A stretch of DNA of 64,000 nt from Hyphochytrium catenoides (Eukaryota > Protista > Hyphochytriomycota). Of the stretch, positions 51,401-63,470 are shown piece by piece. Under the pieces are notes generated by a model. The model ran no database searches. It was not told the DNA's origin and saw only the letters and a list, made by a program, of their open reading frames with translations. The stretch is from contig FLMG01000742.1 of NCBI GenBank assembly GCA_900088475.1, positions 3,508-67,507 on the forward strand. The letters are read 5' to 3'. The position numbers and the translations under genes were made by a program. The stretch's first letter is position 1. Each line of letters begins with the position of its first letter.

Positions 51401-53225
51401 ACAACAAGGGACAAAAGAAGCGGACGGTAGAGTCAGCAATAGGGAGAAGGATGAGTGGTCGAAGGTGGCGATATTGAGAGAGAGAGGGAGAGAGAGGAGA
51501 GACAGAGAGAGAGAGAGAGAGAGAGAAAGTGAGAGGCAAGAAGAAGAATCAGGAGGAGTGGAGGCTGGGAGAAATACTCGTCCTAAGAATGGAGGAATAG
51601 GAAGAATCCGTAAGCGATAGGGAGATAGCGATGAGGAAGACGGAGGGGAGGCAGCTGGGAGACTAGCTCCCATGTCAAAGAAGGCAAGCAGCAAGAACGG
51701 AGACGGCTGACTGTGAACTAAGGTCATGAGGGCTTCCGCTTCTCTTGTGCCGGAAGCATGCACCACATGGCCTAGCTGACGGCACTTACGACGCTGGGAC
51801 CGGGTCTGGACCGCACAGTTCCGCTTGCCACTATCCATGTGACGCTACATAGGCCGCGCGTAACCCAAGAGCACCTAGCACGCCAGAGGTTTCCATTGCT
51901 CGATCTTTTGTGACGCAACCCTGTGCTGGCGCTAATCATAGGACTGATGCGGTCAAATAAGAGCCCTGAAAGCGATCGAAGGGGAGCTATCTCTGTTGTT
52001 TGTGGGAGAGGGAACGAGATATAGATATAATTTTTCCTACTTGCCTTCTCTTTTTATAAGAAACGCGGGCTGCTAAGTTTGGCTCCGCGCGGAACTCTAG
52101 CCAGGACTCTAGCAGTTGCCTGGTACTAATAAAGTGACCGTGGTTGGAACAGTCGCAGGGCCTTTTGGGCTTTGCTAGAGCGGCCAAGCCTCGAGCTGAA
52201 GGACCTCGCTTTCAATGAGGTTCCCCATTGAGGTCAGCGGCACTTGCCGTCACTGCGGCTTTACCGCACACCGTCTCGCTCGCAGTCAGGTTATGTAGAT
52301 CATCTTTGTAGGTAGAGACGAGCTACAGCATCATAGTGTATAGGCGTATAGTCTACATAGGAATATATGATAGCTTAAAAAGCCGAAATCGGAGCCAGCG
52401 ACGTACCTCCTGTCTCTCACTTTGCAGGGAATCGAATTGAGTCCTTACGATTGGCTTACAATCACTTCCCTCTTCTGATAATGAACAGAGCTCCCTGCTG
52501 TTTGTGCGACCTCCTCTCACATTCCTTTGCTATCTTGGTCAGTGTGAAGGCACATCTATAATGAGGACAGAAGAATTAAACACGGTTCCTTCACGCAGGT
52601 TCTCTGACTTCAGGTCCACGTCTGCCACCATGGTCTTTCTCTAGGATGACGAGTAGCGGCGATTATAATTGAGACACATTAGTTAACTGCGCTATGGCCG
52701 CAAAAACAAGTGGCAGCAGCAGTGTGCAAAAGGGAAGCTTACAGAGAGTGACGAGCAAGAAGAGACCCACCAACGCAACAAGAAGCGCAGGGCTGAGGCA
52801 CGGTCAGTACTGGCTGTTTGTCACTCCTCCCGTCAGTAGATCTTCACAAAGCATCCACAGCAGCAGCCAGAACAAGGGAGAAGTGACAAGCACTGGGAGA
52901 TGACGAAAGGCTTGAGGTTAACGACGATGAGAGCCAGGGTCCTTTCACCAGGAAGCTAAGGAGTGACCGCCTTTCAGCCTTGATCATCTCCCTTTTCTCC
53001 CTTGGAGAAATCAACGGCTATTGCCTAAGAAAAATGATGAGCCACGGACAAGATTGGGACAAAAGCAGGCAAAAGCTGTCTCCACTGTAGATTATTGACT
53101 AGCTATAAGGTGGTGTCGATATTAACTAAGATAAAGGCAATCGGATCACTACGCAGCGGCTCCCAGTTGCCTCAGTTCTATTTCCATCTTCAGCCATGGT
53201 AAGAATCAAATATGGTGAGTGGCTC

Positions 53226-55887
53226 CTACGTAGCGGGTCGGGCAGGGGTTACGACAGGCAGCCCTGAGGTCAGGTTGGTGGTCACCAGCGCCAGCTGAGC
53301 GTCTGTCAGCGCAAAATCAAAGAAGAAGAAGGCAGAGAGGTCGACCGATGCCTCATTTGAAGCCGTTGTTGACTGACCGACGTGCCAGGTGGACAGACTT
53401 CGGTCTCTCAGAGGAGCCGAAGCTGTGACCGTGGCCAGAATCACACCGTTCTTATAGCCTCATGACTGCCCACTGCTGCGATTGTATCGCGCCGCTAATG
53501 TCGCCCATTCGTTCCGGACAATAGCTCCTGCGCTGCTCTTACAGTCTGCAATCGTGATGCCTTCATTGAAGGAATGAACTTCAGCGCCCTGGTGCTGCCA
53601 CTGCGTCTAAACGGCAGGTTATCAGGCGATGCGGTAGTAGCCGTGCCAGCAACCAAAATGGTCTCAGAGGTGCCTGGCGTGCTACCTATGAAGCGCAATA
53701 ATAGCGCCACAATGGTCAGCCGGCCCACCGCTGAGAGGCAGCGCTGTGAGATTCAGGTCTCTTGAGAAAGTAAACAATCGCTGTCTGGCCGTCCGAGTGA
53801 AGGAGTAGATTGGTCCATTCACCAAGCCTCCCAGGGGGCTGAAGCGAGGTGCAGTGCTGACATTTGATGCAGAGGCAACGTTGCCCCATTTCAAGACTGC
53901 AGAGTCATCACTCTGGCTGAGCTGCGAGGCTTGTAGATAGAGCGACTCAGTAGTGAAAGGGAGGACAGTGGTGACACTGCCTGGTGGCGCCGGAAGCACA
54001 CGAGAGACGTTGATTGGCATGTGGGTGTGAGGCTGGTGGAGACTTTCTGGGTCAGCTGGCTGTCGCTAAGGCAGAAATTAAACATGTCGAAGGAAGTAGT
54101 CCAAGTGAGCCGTGCTAGGCACACCAACGGCAGCCTGTCCTGGCATCCACCAGACGCTGACCGACCTATTAATGAGTACAGCCTCAACGCTGCCAACGCT
54201 CTGGCCATTCTTCAGCAACTCCGCCCTACGAGTTGATGCTGCGTAGCGGAACGAACCCATAGACAGCCCAGATGCCTTCTTCTGTGACGCCAGCGCCACT
54301 GACAAGGCGGAAGTCTCCTTCTCCCGCAGCACTGTGTGCTTGGAAAACGAGGTGATCGGAAGCGCTTACCCTACCCTAACCCTTTGCTATAGAAGACGGG
54401 AGCTGATGCACTGGAAGTGCTGCTCAACCGTTCCCAGAAGCCAACAGCACTCCGGTTCTCTTGATTAGATTGTGCCAAGGCGGACGCGGATAGTTGGACC
54501 GCAGAAGAGTAGAACGGTGGTAGGATGGAGACAGTTGCCCCGGTTGGAAAGGTAGCAGAAGTATCTACCGGGAGACTGGTACTGAGATTGGAAGAGAGCG
54601 CGAGCAACTGGCTGTTTGACAGCGCAAACTCATAGCCATAAAGGCGGCAAGATCAAAAGTGCCATGGTTCTGCTGCGCTAACCCTAAACAGCCGTTAGAG
54701 AATTCGGTGAACGCTGCGTGGCGCCCGGAGTATCCCACACTGAAACCATCCCTGATCATCTCTGCCCCTAGTGTTACATTTGAATATCTGAGGGCAAAAA
54801 CTGTCCATTGATTGGGAAGGATAGCGCCAGGTTGACTGATGAGAGTCAGAGCGCGAGTACTGATTATCATAGTCAGGGCGAGGTGGCTGGAGTTCCCATA
54901 TCTTCGATGGGCGAGAGTCCAGTCCAGGTTCGACCAGGGACGCTGGTACCAACGCTGAACAAATGCTCATCAAAGACAGGCGTACTCGAAGTAAAGCTTC
55001 CCAGCATGAAGCCTGTGAAACCGCTCTTGGAGGCGACGAGGAATAGATTTACAGTGGCAGCTGTCTCCAGAAACTGCTTATTCTGGCTGTTGAAGTGTAG
55101 GGGCAATTTCTATGGCCACCATTGGATCGGAAGAGCGGTTGCCGGGCACTGGGGCTGGCTGAACTGGCCCCACATTGAGAGTCCAGAGTCATTGCCTTGA
55201 GAGGGCAGCAGTGGGGCCAAGGGGCACTGCGCAGGATATGTTAGTGGAATTTCAGCTGGCAGCGGGGTTGGAGAAGGCGAGATAAACGTTTGTCCGGCGG
55301 GAGGGATAAGATACCATCATCCTCCGGTCTCAAACACATCCGCTGGAGGAGGAGCCTGTTGTAAGGTGGGCTGAGGCGTTGGCTGTGGCGATGGCTGCGG
55401 CGTTGGCTGCGGCGTTGGCTGGGGAGTTGGCTGCGTTGTTGGCTGCGGAGTTGGCGCTGGNNNNNNNNNNNNNNNNNNNNNNNNNNNNNNNNNNNNNNNN
55501 NNNNNNNNNNNNNNNNNNNNNNNNNNNNGATGGCTGCGGAGTTAGCTGTGGAGTTGGCTCTGACGATGGCTGCAGAGTTGGCTCTGGCAATCATAGCTGC
55601 TGAGTTGGCTGCGGGGTTGACTGCGAAGCTGGCTCTGGCGATGGCTGTTGAGTTGGCTCTGGCGATGGCTGGTGAGTTTGCTCTGGTGATGGCGGCGGCG
55701 TTGGCGGCGGCGTTGGCTCTGGCGATGGATCAGAAGTTGGATGCGGAGTTGACGATGGAGTTGGAGGAGCTGGCTGCGGAGGTGGCTCTAATTGGGCCGG
55801 TGGACTGTTCGGGACTCGGCAATTCTTGTCTGCTACCAGTGAGGAGTGAGCATTAACGTCGGGGGTGGAGTTGCGAGCCGACGGCAT
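53226..55887 (-). pseudogene. Decayed surface-protein gene: PT/PQ/PE mucin stalk followed by three tandem ConA/LamG-like beta-sandwich modules
   Basis: Three related blocks across shifting frames, e.g. QWTVFALRYS..EMIRDG..FDLAAF..QLLALSSNL / FRYAASTRRAELLKNG..FNFCLSDSQL / YKNGVILAT..WHVG..VDLSAFFFFDFALTDAQLALVTTNL. Multiple in-frame TGA/TAG stops and frameshifts; N gap at 55461-55528. Confidence 0.7.
55370..55790 (-). repeat. 12/24-bp degenerate coding repeat (PSPEPTQQ/PTPQ)
   Basis: Recurring gttggctgcgg / gttggctctggcgatggct units on the + strand. Confidence 0.85.
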
Positions 55888-56849
55888 TCAGTCAGTCCTC
55901 TCTAGCCATAAAGAATGCTCAGAAAACGAGCGCTTACCGTTTGCTGAGGAGACAGGCACCGTGCGGGTGCAGATCCTAACCTTATTGGCGGCTGTAGCCC
56001 GTAGGGTCTACAAGATCGTCTTGACATTAAGTTAGGCAAATGCTACTGGACGAAGTAAGAAAGCAAGCAAACCCGCTGCGTGAAATGGTGAGCATTACTC
56101 TATTTGATCTTAGGGTAAAGGATGTTGTGCTTGCCAAACTAGATAATAATCCCTGCAGTGATCAGTCCTTCCGTGGCTCAACAGTGCTCTCCATCATCAG
56201 GTGGCAGAAGAAGTGGATTTATTAGCGCCGCAAAGAAATTGAGGGAGTCAGAAGAAGGATGAATAAGCGGGAAGACGACAAAGACCAATGATGACCACGC
56301 AGTCAGGGTTATTAAGACTCGTAGGAGATGCGAGACTGGCGAGCAGCATGGTCGGCAGGGCTAGCGTGCGGCGGCGTACTTCTTCCTGTTTGAGCTCTAG
56401 CGTGACCTTCAGGGTTATTCAGCAAGCAATACCTTACAAATAGCGAGTTAGCTTCTCTGCTCTGACTCTTTCCGGAAGAATATGCCTCTGACATTTTCGG
56501 TGAGCAACATGCCTGTGCAACTATTGGCAGCCACCAGTCGTCTCTTTTTCCCTTTAAAGACTTAATACACCCCAAGCAGCTCCCAAGCTTTTTGTCGTCA
56601 TCATCCGTTTTGACCGCTGTCCAGCGTCTACTGAAGCAGCAGGAGCCTGGGTGCGGCGTCATTGTATGTTGATGGTCCACTCTCAGACTTTTTTGGCAAT
56701 TCGTGATGCACTTGCTCTGGGGTTCCCTTGAGCGAGTCCCTCCAGGCCTTGTTGCTGCTGCTTTTCTGGGGACTCTTGATGCGGTCTTTTCTACCCATTC
56801 GTTTCTCTCCTCTTCCTGATGATACTACATCTTCTTCTCAGTTTGTTAA

Positions 56850-57380
56850 TGCTGTCGATCTCCTCGCCCTTTCTTCTTCTCCTTCTGTTCCACCCTTCCT
56901 TCTTCTCCCCTTCCTTCTCTTTTTGCTCCTTTTCTGTCGCTGACGGTGCGGGTTTTTCTTAAAGTCTTCCTCCTCCTCCTCCTCCCCTCGTCATCACTGA
57001 GTCCATGGACTTCGAATCTTCTTCTCCCTTGTCTTTTTTGATGATCAAGATGCTAGTGATAATGATGATGCGGCAAAGGGGTTCTCCTCTTTGTCCGCTC
57101 TGGTTCAATTTTCGTTCTCCTTTCCGTTCTCCCTATGTAGCTTAGTTCTTTAGTCCTTGGTTTTAATCCCCTTTGATTAATACAAATTGTTGCTGACGAT
57201 CCCGCCGTTCCTTCATCTCCTCCTGCTGTTCCGCCGTTTCCTTCTTCTCCCCCTCCTTCCTATTTTTGCTCCTCCTTCTGTCGATGTCGATGCGGGTTTT
57301 TCTTCTTCTCTTCCTCCTCCGCCTTCTCCCCGCGTCATCATTGAGTCATCGGTTCTTCTTCTTCATCCTTGTCTTCCTTT
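56850..57380. repeat. Degenerate ~190-bp direct duplication of pyrimidine-rich sequence
   Basis: ttctgtcgctgacggtgcgggtttttctt..cgtcatcactgagtc (about 56930-57005) vs ttctgtcgatgtcgatgcgggtttttctt..cgtcatcattgagtc (about 57276-57347). Confidence 0.65.
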
Positions 57381-57687
57381 TTATATATAGAACAAAATGA
57401 TGATGATATAGTTCCATGTCATCACTTCCACCACAGCTACCCCTGTCCATGTTGTGATGACTGTACCAATCCAGCTGAGAGACTGTTTGTACGCCACTAC
57501 GGGTGGAGGGAGGCAAAGGTCACGGTGAAGTCTGTCTATTAACACCACTTTCCACCGAGATACCCGATGCAGTACGACATGGTGTGACCCCACTGTACCT
57601 GCTGGTGATAATCAAGGTATAGATAATCACAATAAAAGACCCAGTCAGATGCAGTGGTCTCCTGGGTTTTTGTACAGTAATAACTGT

Positions 57688-57937
57688 GAGCGGCAACGTC
57701 CAGCGGCAGTGTCCAGTGGCAGTGTCCAGTGTCCAGTGGCATTGTCCAGCAGCAGTTCCAGCGGCAGTAGTTGCCAGCGGCAGTGTCCAGCGGCAGTGTC
57801 CAGCGGCAGTGTCCAGCGGCAGTGTCCATCCAGCGGCGGCAGCAGTGTCCAGCGGCAGTAGTAGTGTCCAGCTAGCGGCAGTGATTAGCGGCGGTGTCCA
57901 GCGCCGCCGGCGCGGTGGTAGAGTCCAGCGGCAGTGA
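57688..57937. repeat. 13-bp minisatellite (CAGCGGCAGTGTC)n, degenerate
   Basis: Four consecutive perfect units at about 57775-57826, with variants on both sides. Confidence 0.9.
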
Positions 57938-57999
57938 GCAGCAGCAGTGACGACCATCATCATCCAGAAGCAAATAAAACTCTAAAGCCGTCGCTGCTG

Positions 58000-58677
58000 A
58001 TGGCACCACCCCGAAGAACAAGGATCCGACAAAGATGCACCGAAGAAGGCTGCACAAACATTGCTCAGATAAACACTTTCTGCAAGCGCCACGGGCGACT
58101 TCATGGGCATCCGGCTCCCACGAAGAAATGCTCTGTTACGGACTGCACCAGCCTATCACGGTCTCGATGCCTGTGTCGGAGGCATCAGCAGCTGAAATGT
58201 AAGATTCCAGAATGTACAGGCGGTTATAGCCAGCGAGGGCTCTGCTATGGCCACTGGAGAGCAAGTACCCAACAACAAGCTCGTCCTCCTCCACGGTCTG
58301 ACGAGAAGGCAGATGAAGATCACCGAGAACTCCAAAGACTTCGGAATAGTAATGAATGCCTCGCGCAGCAGCTGGAGTCTGCACTTATGGACTGCGCGTA
58401 TTTGGAACAGCTACTCTACACAAAAAGCGCACAGCTGACCAACACCGACAGGCAGGAAGATGCAGTGGAGCAAGACCCGGATCCGGACAGTCCTCAAGAA
58501 GACGTCGCAGGAGTACCATCAGCAGCACCTGTTGCTCGTTGCCGTCGACCTATGAACATCAAACAAGAACGCAAGTTCTGTCGTGATGATATGGTTTGTG
58601 CTCCCTATAAATATGAGCAGGAAGAAGCGTCGCCTTTTCCTCGTGTCGGGCAGCTCTTTGCGTGCCAAAAGCCTTGA
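58000..58677 (+). CDS. 225-aa protein with three C-x4-C-x9-C-x2-H zinc-finger repeats plus a coiled coil ('WRKY19-like' repeat class)
   Basis: CTEEGCTNIAQINTFCKRHG, CSVTDCTSLSRSRCLCRRH and CKIPECTGGYSQRGLCYGH, followed by a heptad-like ELQRLRNSNECLAQQLESAL. First ATG at 58000; intronless. Confidence 0.75.
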   Translation: MAPPRRTRIRQRCTEEGCTNIAQINTFCKRHGRLHGHPAPTKKCSVTDCTSLSRSRCLCRRHQQLKCKIPECTGGYSQRGLCYGHWRASTQQQARPPPRSDEKADEDHRELQRLRNSNECLAQQLESALMDCAYLEQLLYTKSAQLTNTDRQEDAVEQDPDPDSPQEDVAGVPSAAPVARCRRPMNIKQERKFCRDDMVCAPYKYEQEEASPFPRVGQLFACQKP

Positions 58678-59092
58678 CGGCAGCTCGTGGCAGAATGGCG
58701 CCAGCACCCTAACTAAAGAACCAGCAGAATTCTAGTTGTCTGTCACAGACTTGGTCTTGTTAAGGAATAATGATGGGTTGGTTCCAGTCGTTCCCCGTTT
58801 GTCCTATCTTACGGTATTGTACTAAGAAGACAGCCTAGTCCAGGTACTAGAAAGGTAGATAGAGGAGAAGTCATTCCACTGTTACCTATGATATGCAGAA
58901 AGGATGGAGGGAAGACATCAGTCAGAAATACGTAAAAGAAGAGGCGGGCGAGGAGCCACGGTGGAGAGGCGGACGAGAAGTCACAGTGGACGTGTCCAGA
59001 AGAACAGAAAAGGAAGTTGCAGAGAAGACACGTGAGGTTGTCCGTCCGCTTGTCTTAGACTGAACTCTTCTCTCGGACCGGTCCGTTTTGGA

Positions 59093-59188
59093 GTTGGTTC
59101 ACTGCCTTAAGGTAGAACCAGAGAGAGGCAGAAGAGAGAGGTTGGTTCACTGCCTTAAGGTAGAACCAGAGAGAGGCAGAAGAGAGAG
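59093..59188. repeat. Perfect 48-bp tandem duplication
   Basis: gttggttcactgccttaaggtagaaccagagagaggcagaagagagag occurs twice, at 59093-59140 and 59141-59188. Confidence 0.97.
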
Positions 59189-59324
59189 GTAGGATATTTA
59201 CTTGTCAGTCTGACTGGGCGCTAGAACAGACGAGATGGTTTACACCAGAGAGAAGTGATCCTGTCCGTCCGCTCGTCTCAGACTCAAAAAATGAGCTCTT
59301 CTCTCAGACCAGTCCACACTTACC

Positions 59325-60578
59325 TCTCTCTTTTCTGTGTCCTTTCTTCCTCTAGACACTTTCCCTTATCGTTTTCTCTATCTCCTCCTTGCGGTGCCCG
59401 TTCTTTCCTTCTCTCTTTCTTCCTCTCGCCTAGAAGCCCTAACTTGTGTTCCCTTCCTGCCTGTACCTATACCCCATCCCTCTTCCTCTCTAGCTCTCCT
59501 CTCTTTTGCTCTCTCTTCCCCTCCTTCCTCATTGCTTCTTTTCCGTTTCTTCTCACCTTCTTCTTCCTTCTCTCTCCCTCTTCTCTTCCCTCTCTCCCTT
59601 ATGATTTCTCCTCTCTCTCTTATTCTTTCTCTCTTCTCTCTCGTTCTCATCTCATCGCGTTTCTCGTCTCTTTGTATCTGTAGCTGGGTCCTTCTTACCT
59701 CGAACATCTGGAAGAAAGACAACGGCAGACCATGGGAACGGCGCAAGAGGATCTCAAGAATGAAGCATAAAAATGCATCAAAAGCTTAGAAGACTCTCGC
59801 CTTTCGAGAGAGGACAGAGCTGAGAGAAGAAACAAGGCTTACAAGGAGAAGAAGAGCCAGCTCCCGATCTTCGCTGTACAATTCTNNNNNNNNNNNNNNN
59901 NNNNNNNATTCTCTTCCTCTCCTCTCCGAGGGAGTCAAGTCCCTCTCCACCTCTCTCTCGTTCCCTCTCTCTTCTTTGCTCTGTCTCTGTCGCGCTCTGT
60001 CTCTCTACCTCTCTCCCCCCTTTCCCCCCATTTCAACAAATGAAGCTATTCACTTGGGACGATGTTCTCTTCTCTCTTCCTGTGGCCCCTTCTTTTTTCT
60101 TCCCATATTATCGCTCCTCTTTATCCCGACTCAATTGTTCCTTCTTCGTTCCCCTCCCCTGGACTCTCTACACCACCTTCTACTACTGGGCAGGCGCATT
60201 TTCCTTGGCTTGGAGAGGAAGTATAGATGGGAGAGAGAGGGAAGGGGAAGAAAAGAGGGAGAGAAAGGGAAGGAGAGAGAGAGAGGTAGAGAGAGAGTAA
60301 GGGACTCTAGAGGGACTACATGCCGGGAGGAAAGCTTCAATAGAGCCGTCTTGGACAACTGTCTCTTTCGAACCGTGAGCTGTCGAGGACGACCTTCTTG
60401 ATTCAGCATCCTCTTGTCGATTACTCTTGATTGCCCATCCTCTATTGTCTTTCTGTTTCAGTTCTCACTCTGCCGTATCTCTCTCGCATTCAGCACCTCA
60501 CTCAAAACCCCTTAATTCAGTCATGCTCTCCCTGTTTCTCTGTGTTTCCGCAGGTAACTCTCCATCTCTCTCTCTCTG

Positions 60579-60612
<34 letters not shown>

Positions 60613-61506
60613 CCCTTTTTCTTTTCTTCCGTCCTCCTGTTTCTGCTCTTTTACGATCAAACCCTTGCCTGTCTGCAGCTCTCTCTCTCTCTTCCTGTCC
60701 AGCAATCCTCTGTCCTCTTAATCTCTCTGCCTTTGGTACGCCTTCTGGGCCGTCCTCTAGACCTCCTCAAAGTTCCCTGCTGTTCCTGCATACTCTCCTC
60801 CCAAGTTATTAATTGGACTGAACAAACAGTAAACAATGTTGTCTAGCTTCCCTTCCTGACGGCTTCCCAGTCTAGTCTCTTCTTAGTTTCCAGGAGATCT
60901 CATGTCGAGCTCTCATTCCATCATCTGGCATCTGCCTTTCTCCTTCTTGACCTCCCTTCTATCTCCTAGCCGAGTTTAAAAAGGTGAACCTCCAAGACTT
61001 CAACCTCCCACTGCCTGTCCCCCGCTCCACTCTTGCCATCAAGTGCGTGTCTGGCTAACGGAATTCTAAGTAGCAGCTTTCCTTTCCCTTTCGGCCTGAA
61101 CATCAACTTTTACCTAATTCCAGCGCTTCTCAATCACCTTATTGCTACTCTTTGTTTTACCTGTTTTCTCTTCTATAGCACCCTTTCTCTCTCTTGTCTC
61201 GGGTTTACAATTGTAAAGTTAATAGATATTCGCCAGTCCCTCATTCTCCCCTCTCTCTACTGCTCTCTCTCTCCTCTCCTCTCTCTCTCCTTCTCTCTCT
61301 CCTCCTCTTCTCTCTCTATCTCTCCCTATTTCTTTTCTCTACCTCGTTTGATACGCACCATAGTCCAATATCTCATTTACTTCCTTCACTAGCCTCAAGC
61401 TCTTTAGCTGGGGAGAGGTGGCGGATAACGCTGGAGCTTCCTCTTTCTTCGTTTCCGCTTCAGCAGTCACATCCTGAGTGCAGAACAGAAAAAAGAGAGA
61501 CCGGGG

Positions 61507-61542
<36 letters not shown>

Positions 61543-61700
61543 CATAAAGAGAAACAGTTGATAGACAATGAGAACAGGACTCAGTGAAGTAGATAGAGAA
61601 GCTTGGACAATGAAAGAGAAGAGACACAGAGAGAGGAGAAAACCTTGATCCTTTGGCATTGAGTAAGAAGAAATGCAATAAGGAGAGAGAGAGTACGTCA
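59325..61700. repeat. Extended CT/GA low-complexity field (gap 59886-59907)
   Basis: Alternating polypyrimidine and polypurine tracts with no credible coding frames. Confidence 0.85.
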
Positions 61701-62073
61701 ACCGGCAGAGAGAGTCCGATGGAGCGGAGTCTTCTTCTATGTACTATCAAGGTAGCGGATCATGAAAACCCTTCCCTCGCTCTTCCTCGCCTGAAAAATG
61801 GCGAAGAAAATAAGAAGATGCTTCTTTCCCCTTCTTTCCCTCCTTGTTCTCCTTCCTCCTTCACCAGAATGGAGAGAGGAGAGAGAGTCAACAATGCGAC
61901 AAACACAGCCAAACCAGGCAGATGATCGAGCTCAATTAGGGCGGCTGAAGCAGCAGGATTTAGAGCTCCGCAAGGCACGCAATAAAAAGCGAGAGAGAGA
62001 GAGAAAAGGATCGAGAAGATTGTTTCGGGGAGGAACTTAGTAAGCCTCTGAAAATAGACTTCTTGATGGGGTC

Positions 62074-63466
62074 GCTGTAGAAGCTGCTGTCTGCTGTATG
62101 ATGAGTCAGAGTCAGAGTTGCCCTGATGGCTGGTATACCCATCTGCTGAGTTACTTCCCCACCTCGGAGACAGCAACAGCGGCCAGATGTCAGATTGCTG
62201 TCGGAGGGGCAAGTCTTTGAGGACGAATTGTATCAAAGCGACATGATGAACAGTCTCTTGCTGATGATCTACGTCATCTGCATTCGTCTCTCTCTCTTTG
62301 ATCCCTCTGTGCCCCTTCTGCTGCTCTTCCTAAGTTCCTCTCTATTTGTCTCTTGCTCATCAATCTTCTGAGTCTCAAAAAATCCTCGGTTGTCTTATCT
62401 GTTTGTATAAACGTCTCTGTTCTATGATATCTCCACCCTCGTAGCTGCTACTCTTCTCTCTTCTCCATCTTGCGCTTCTTGTACCTCTCTCTTCTAAAGC
62501 TCTCCTCTCTTCCTTTCCCTCTTCTTGCTCCTTTTTATGGCTTTTGTCCTGGTCTCACTTGCTTTAGCGCTTTCCAATCTCACCCCAACAAGGTTCTATC
62601 TTTGTACAATATGCGGTATCGCATCATGGCTTTAGCAGCTGTTTTCCTACGTCGCCTCCGAGGTGCTGAGGACAAAGCTGAGTAAGCCTTTTGCTGCACA
62701 ATTATTCAGGCCAGGACTATTAGGGCTGGGAAACAGAAGAGATCACATCAGACCGCGGATAACGTTGTTTGAGAGCAAAAGCGAGAGGGATGCAAGGCAT
62801 GTGGCTTATTAGGAAGTACTCCGTGCCTTTCCTCACCATGCAATTTGGCTACAATCTCTCCGGGACCCGTTGTTCTTCTGTACAGGTGAGGAAGTTGCTC
62901 AGCAGAAGATATCACAGCGACTGCCCGACCCCATAGCGGCAGCGATAATAAAGGTCCGACGCCCAGCGCGCCCCAGCAATTGCCGGTACTCTCAAGAAGA
63001 AAGGTGCAGGCAGACGAGACTCTACGAGCGGGGATGATGATGGGAGAGTAAAGGCGCTATGAGGTAGCTGTAGAAGCTGCTGTCCTGTATGATGAGTCAG
63101 AGTCAAGAGCTGCCCAGATGGTTGGTATACTCATCAGCTGAGTTACTTCTCCACCTCGGACACAGCGGCCAGATGTCAGATTGCTGTCGGAGGGGCAAGT
63201 GTTTGAGGACGATATGATGTAAGTTAAAGCGACACGATGAACACTCTGTTGCTGGTGATCTAACGTCATTTACCTTGGTCTTTCTCTATTATCTCTCTGT
63301 GCCCCTTCTGCTGCTCTTCTTCTTGACTTCCTATTCATTTGTCTCTTGCTCACTATTCTTCTGCAGTTTCTAATATCCTCGGTTGTTTTATCTGCTTGTG
63401 TAATTGTCTCTGTTCTTTGATTTCTCCACCTTCCGGAGCTGCTACTCTCCTCTCTTCACCTTCTTG
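62074..63466. repeat. Pair of diverged ~400-bp direct repeats (62074-62472 and 63067-63466)
   Basis: Shared blocks: gctgtagaagctgctgtc..ctgtatgatgagtcagagtca; cagcggccagatgtcagattgctgtcggaggggcaagt; ctctgtgccccttctgctgctcttc; atcctcggttgt; agctgctactct. Confidence 0.92.
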
Positions 63467-63470
63467 GCAT

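Noticed and set aside
55330-55856. Ala-rich antifreeze-like ORFs (ANSAANNAA.. / MAAELALAM..)
   Set aside because: They are alternative-frame and antisense readings of the Pro/Thr/Gln repeat of the pseudogene.
57688-57937. CRISPR-like array (also considered for 59093-59188 and 63471-64000)
   Set aside because: These are head-to-tail short units without unique spacers, there are no cas genes, and the context is eukaryotic.
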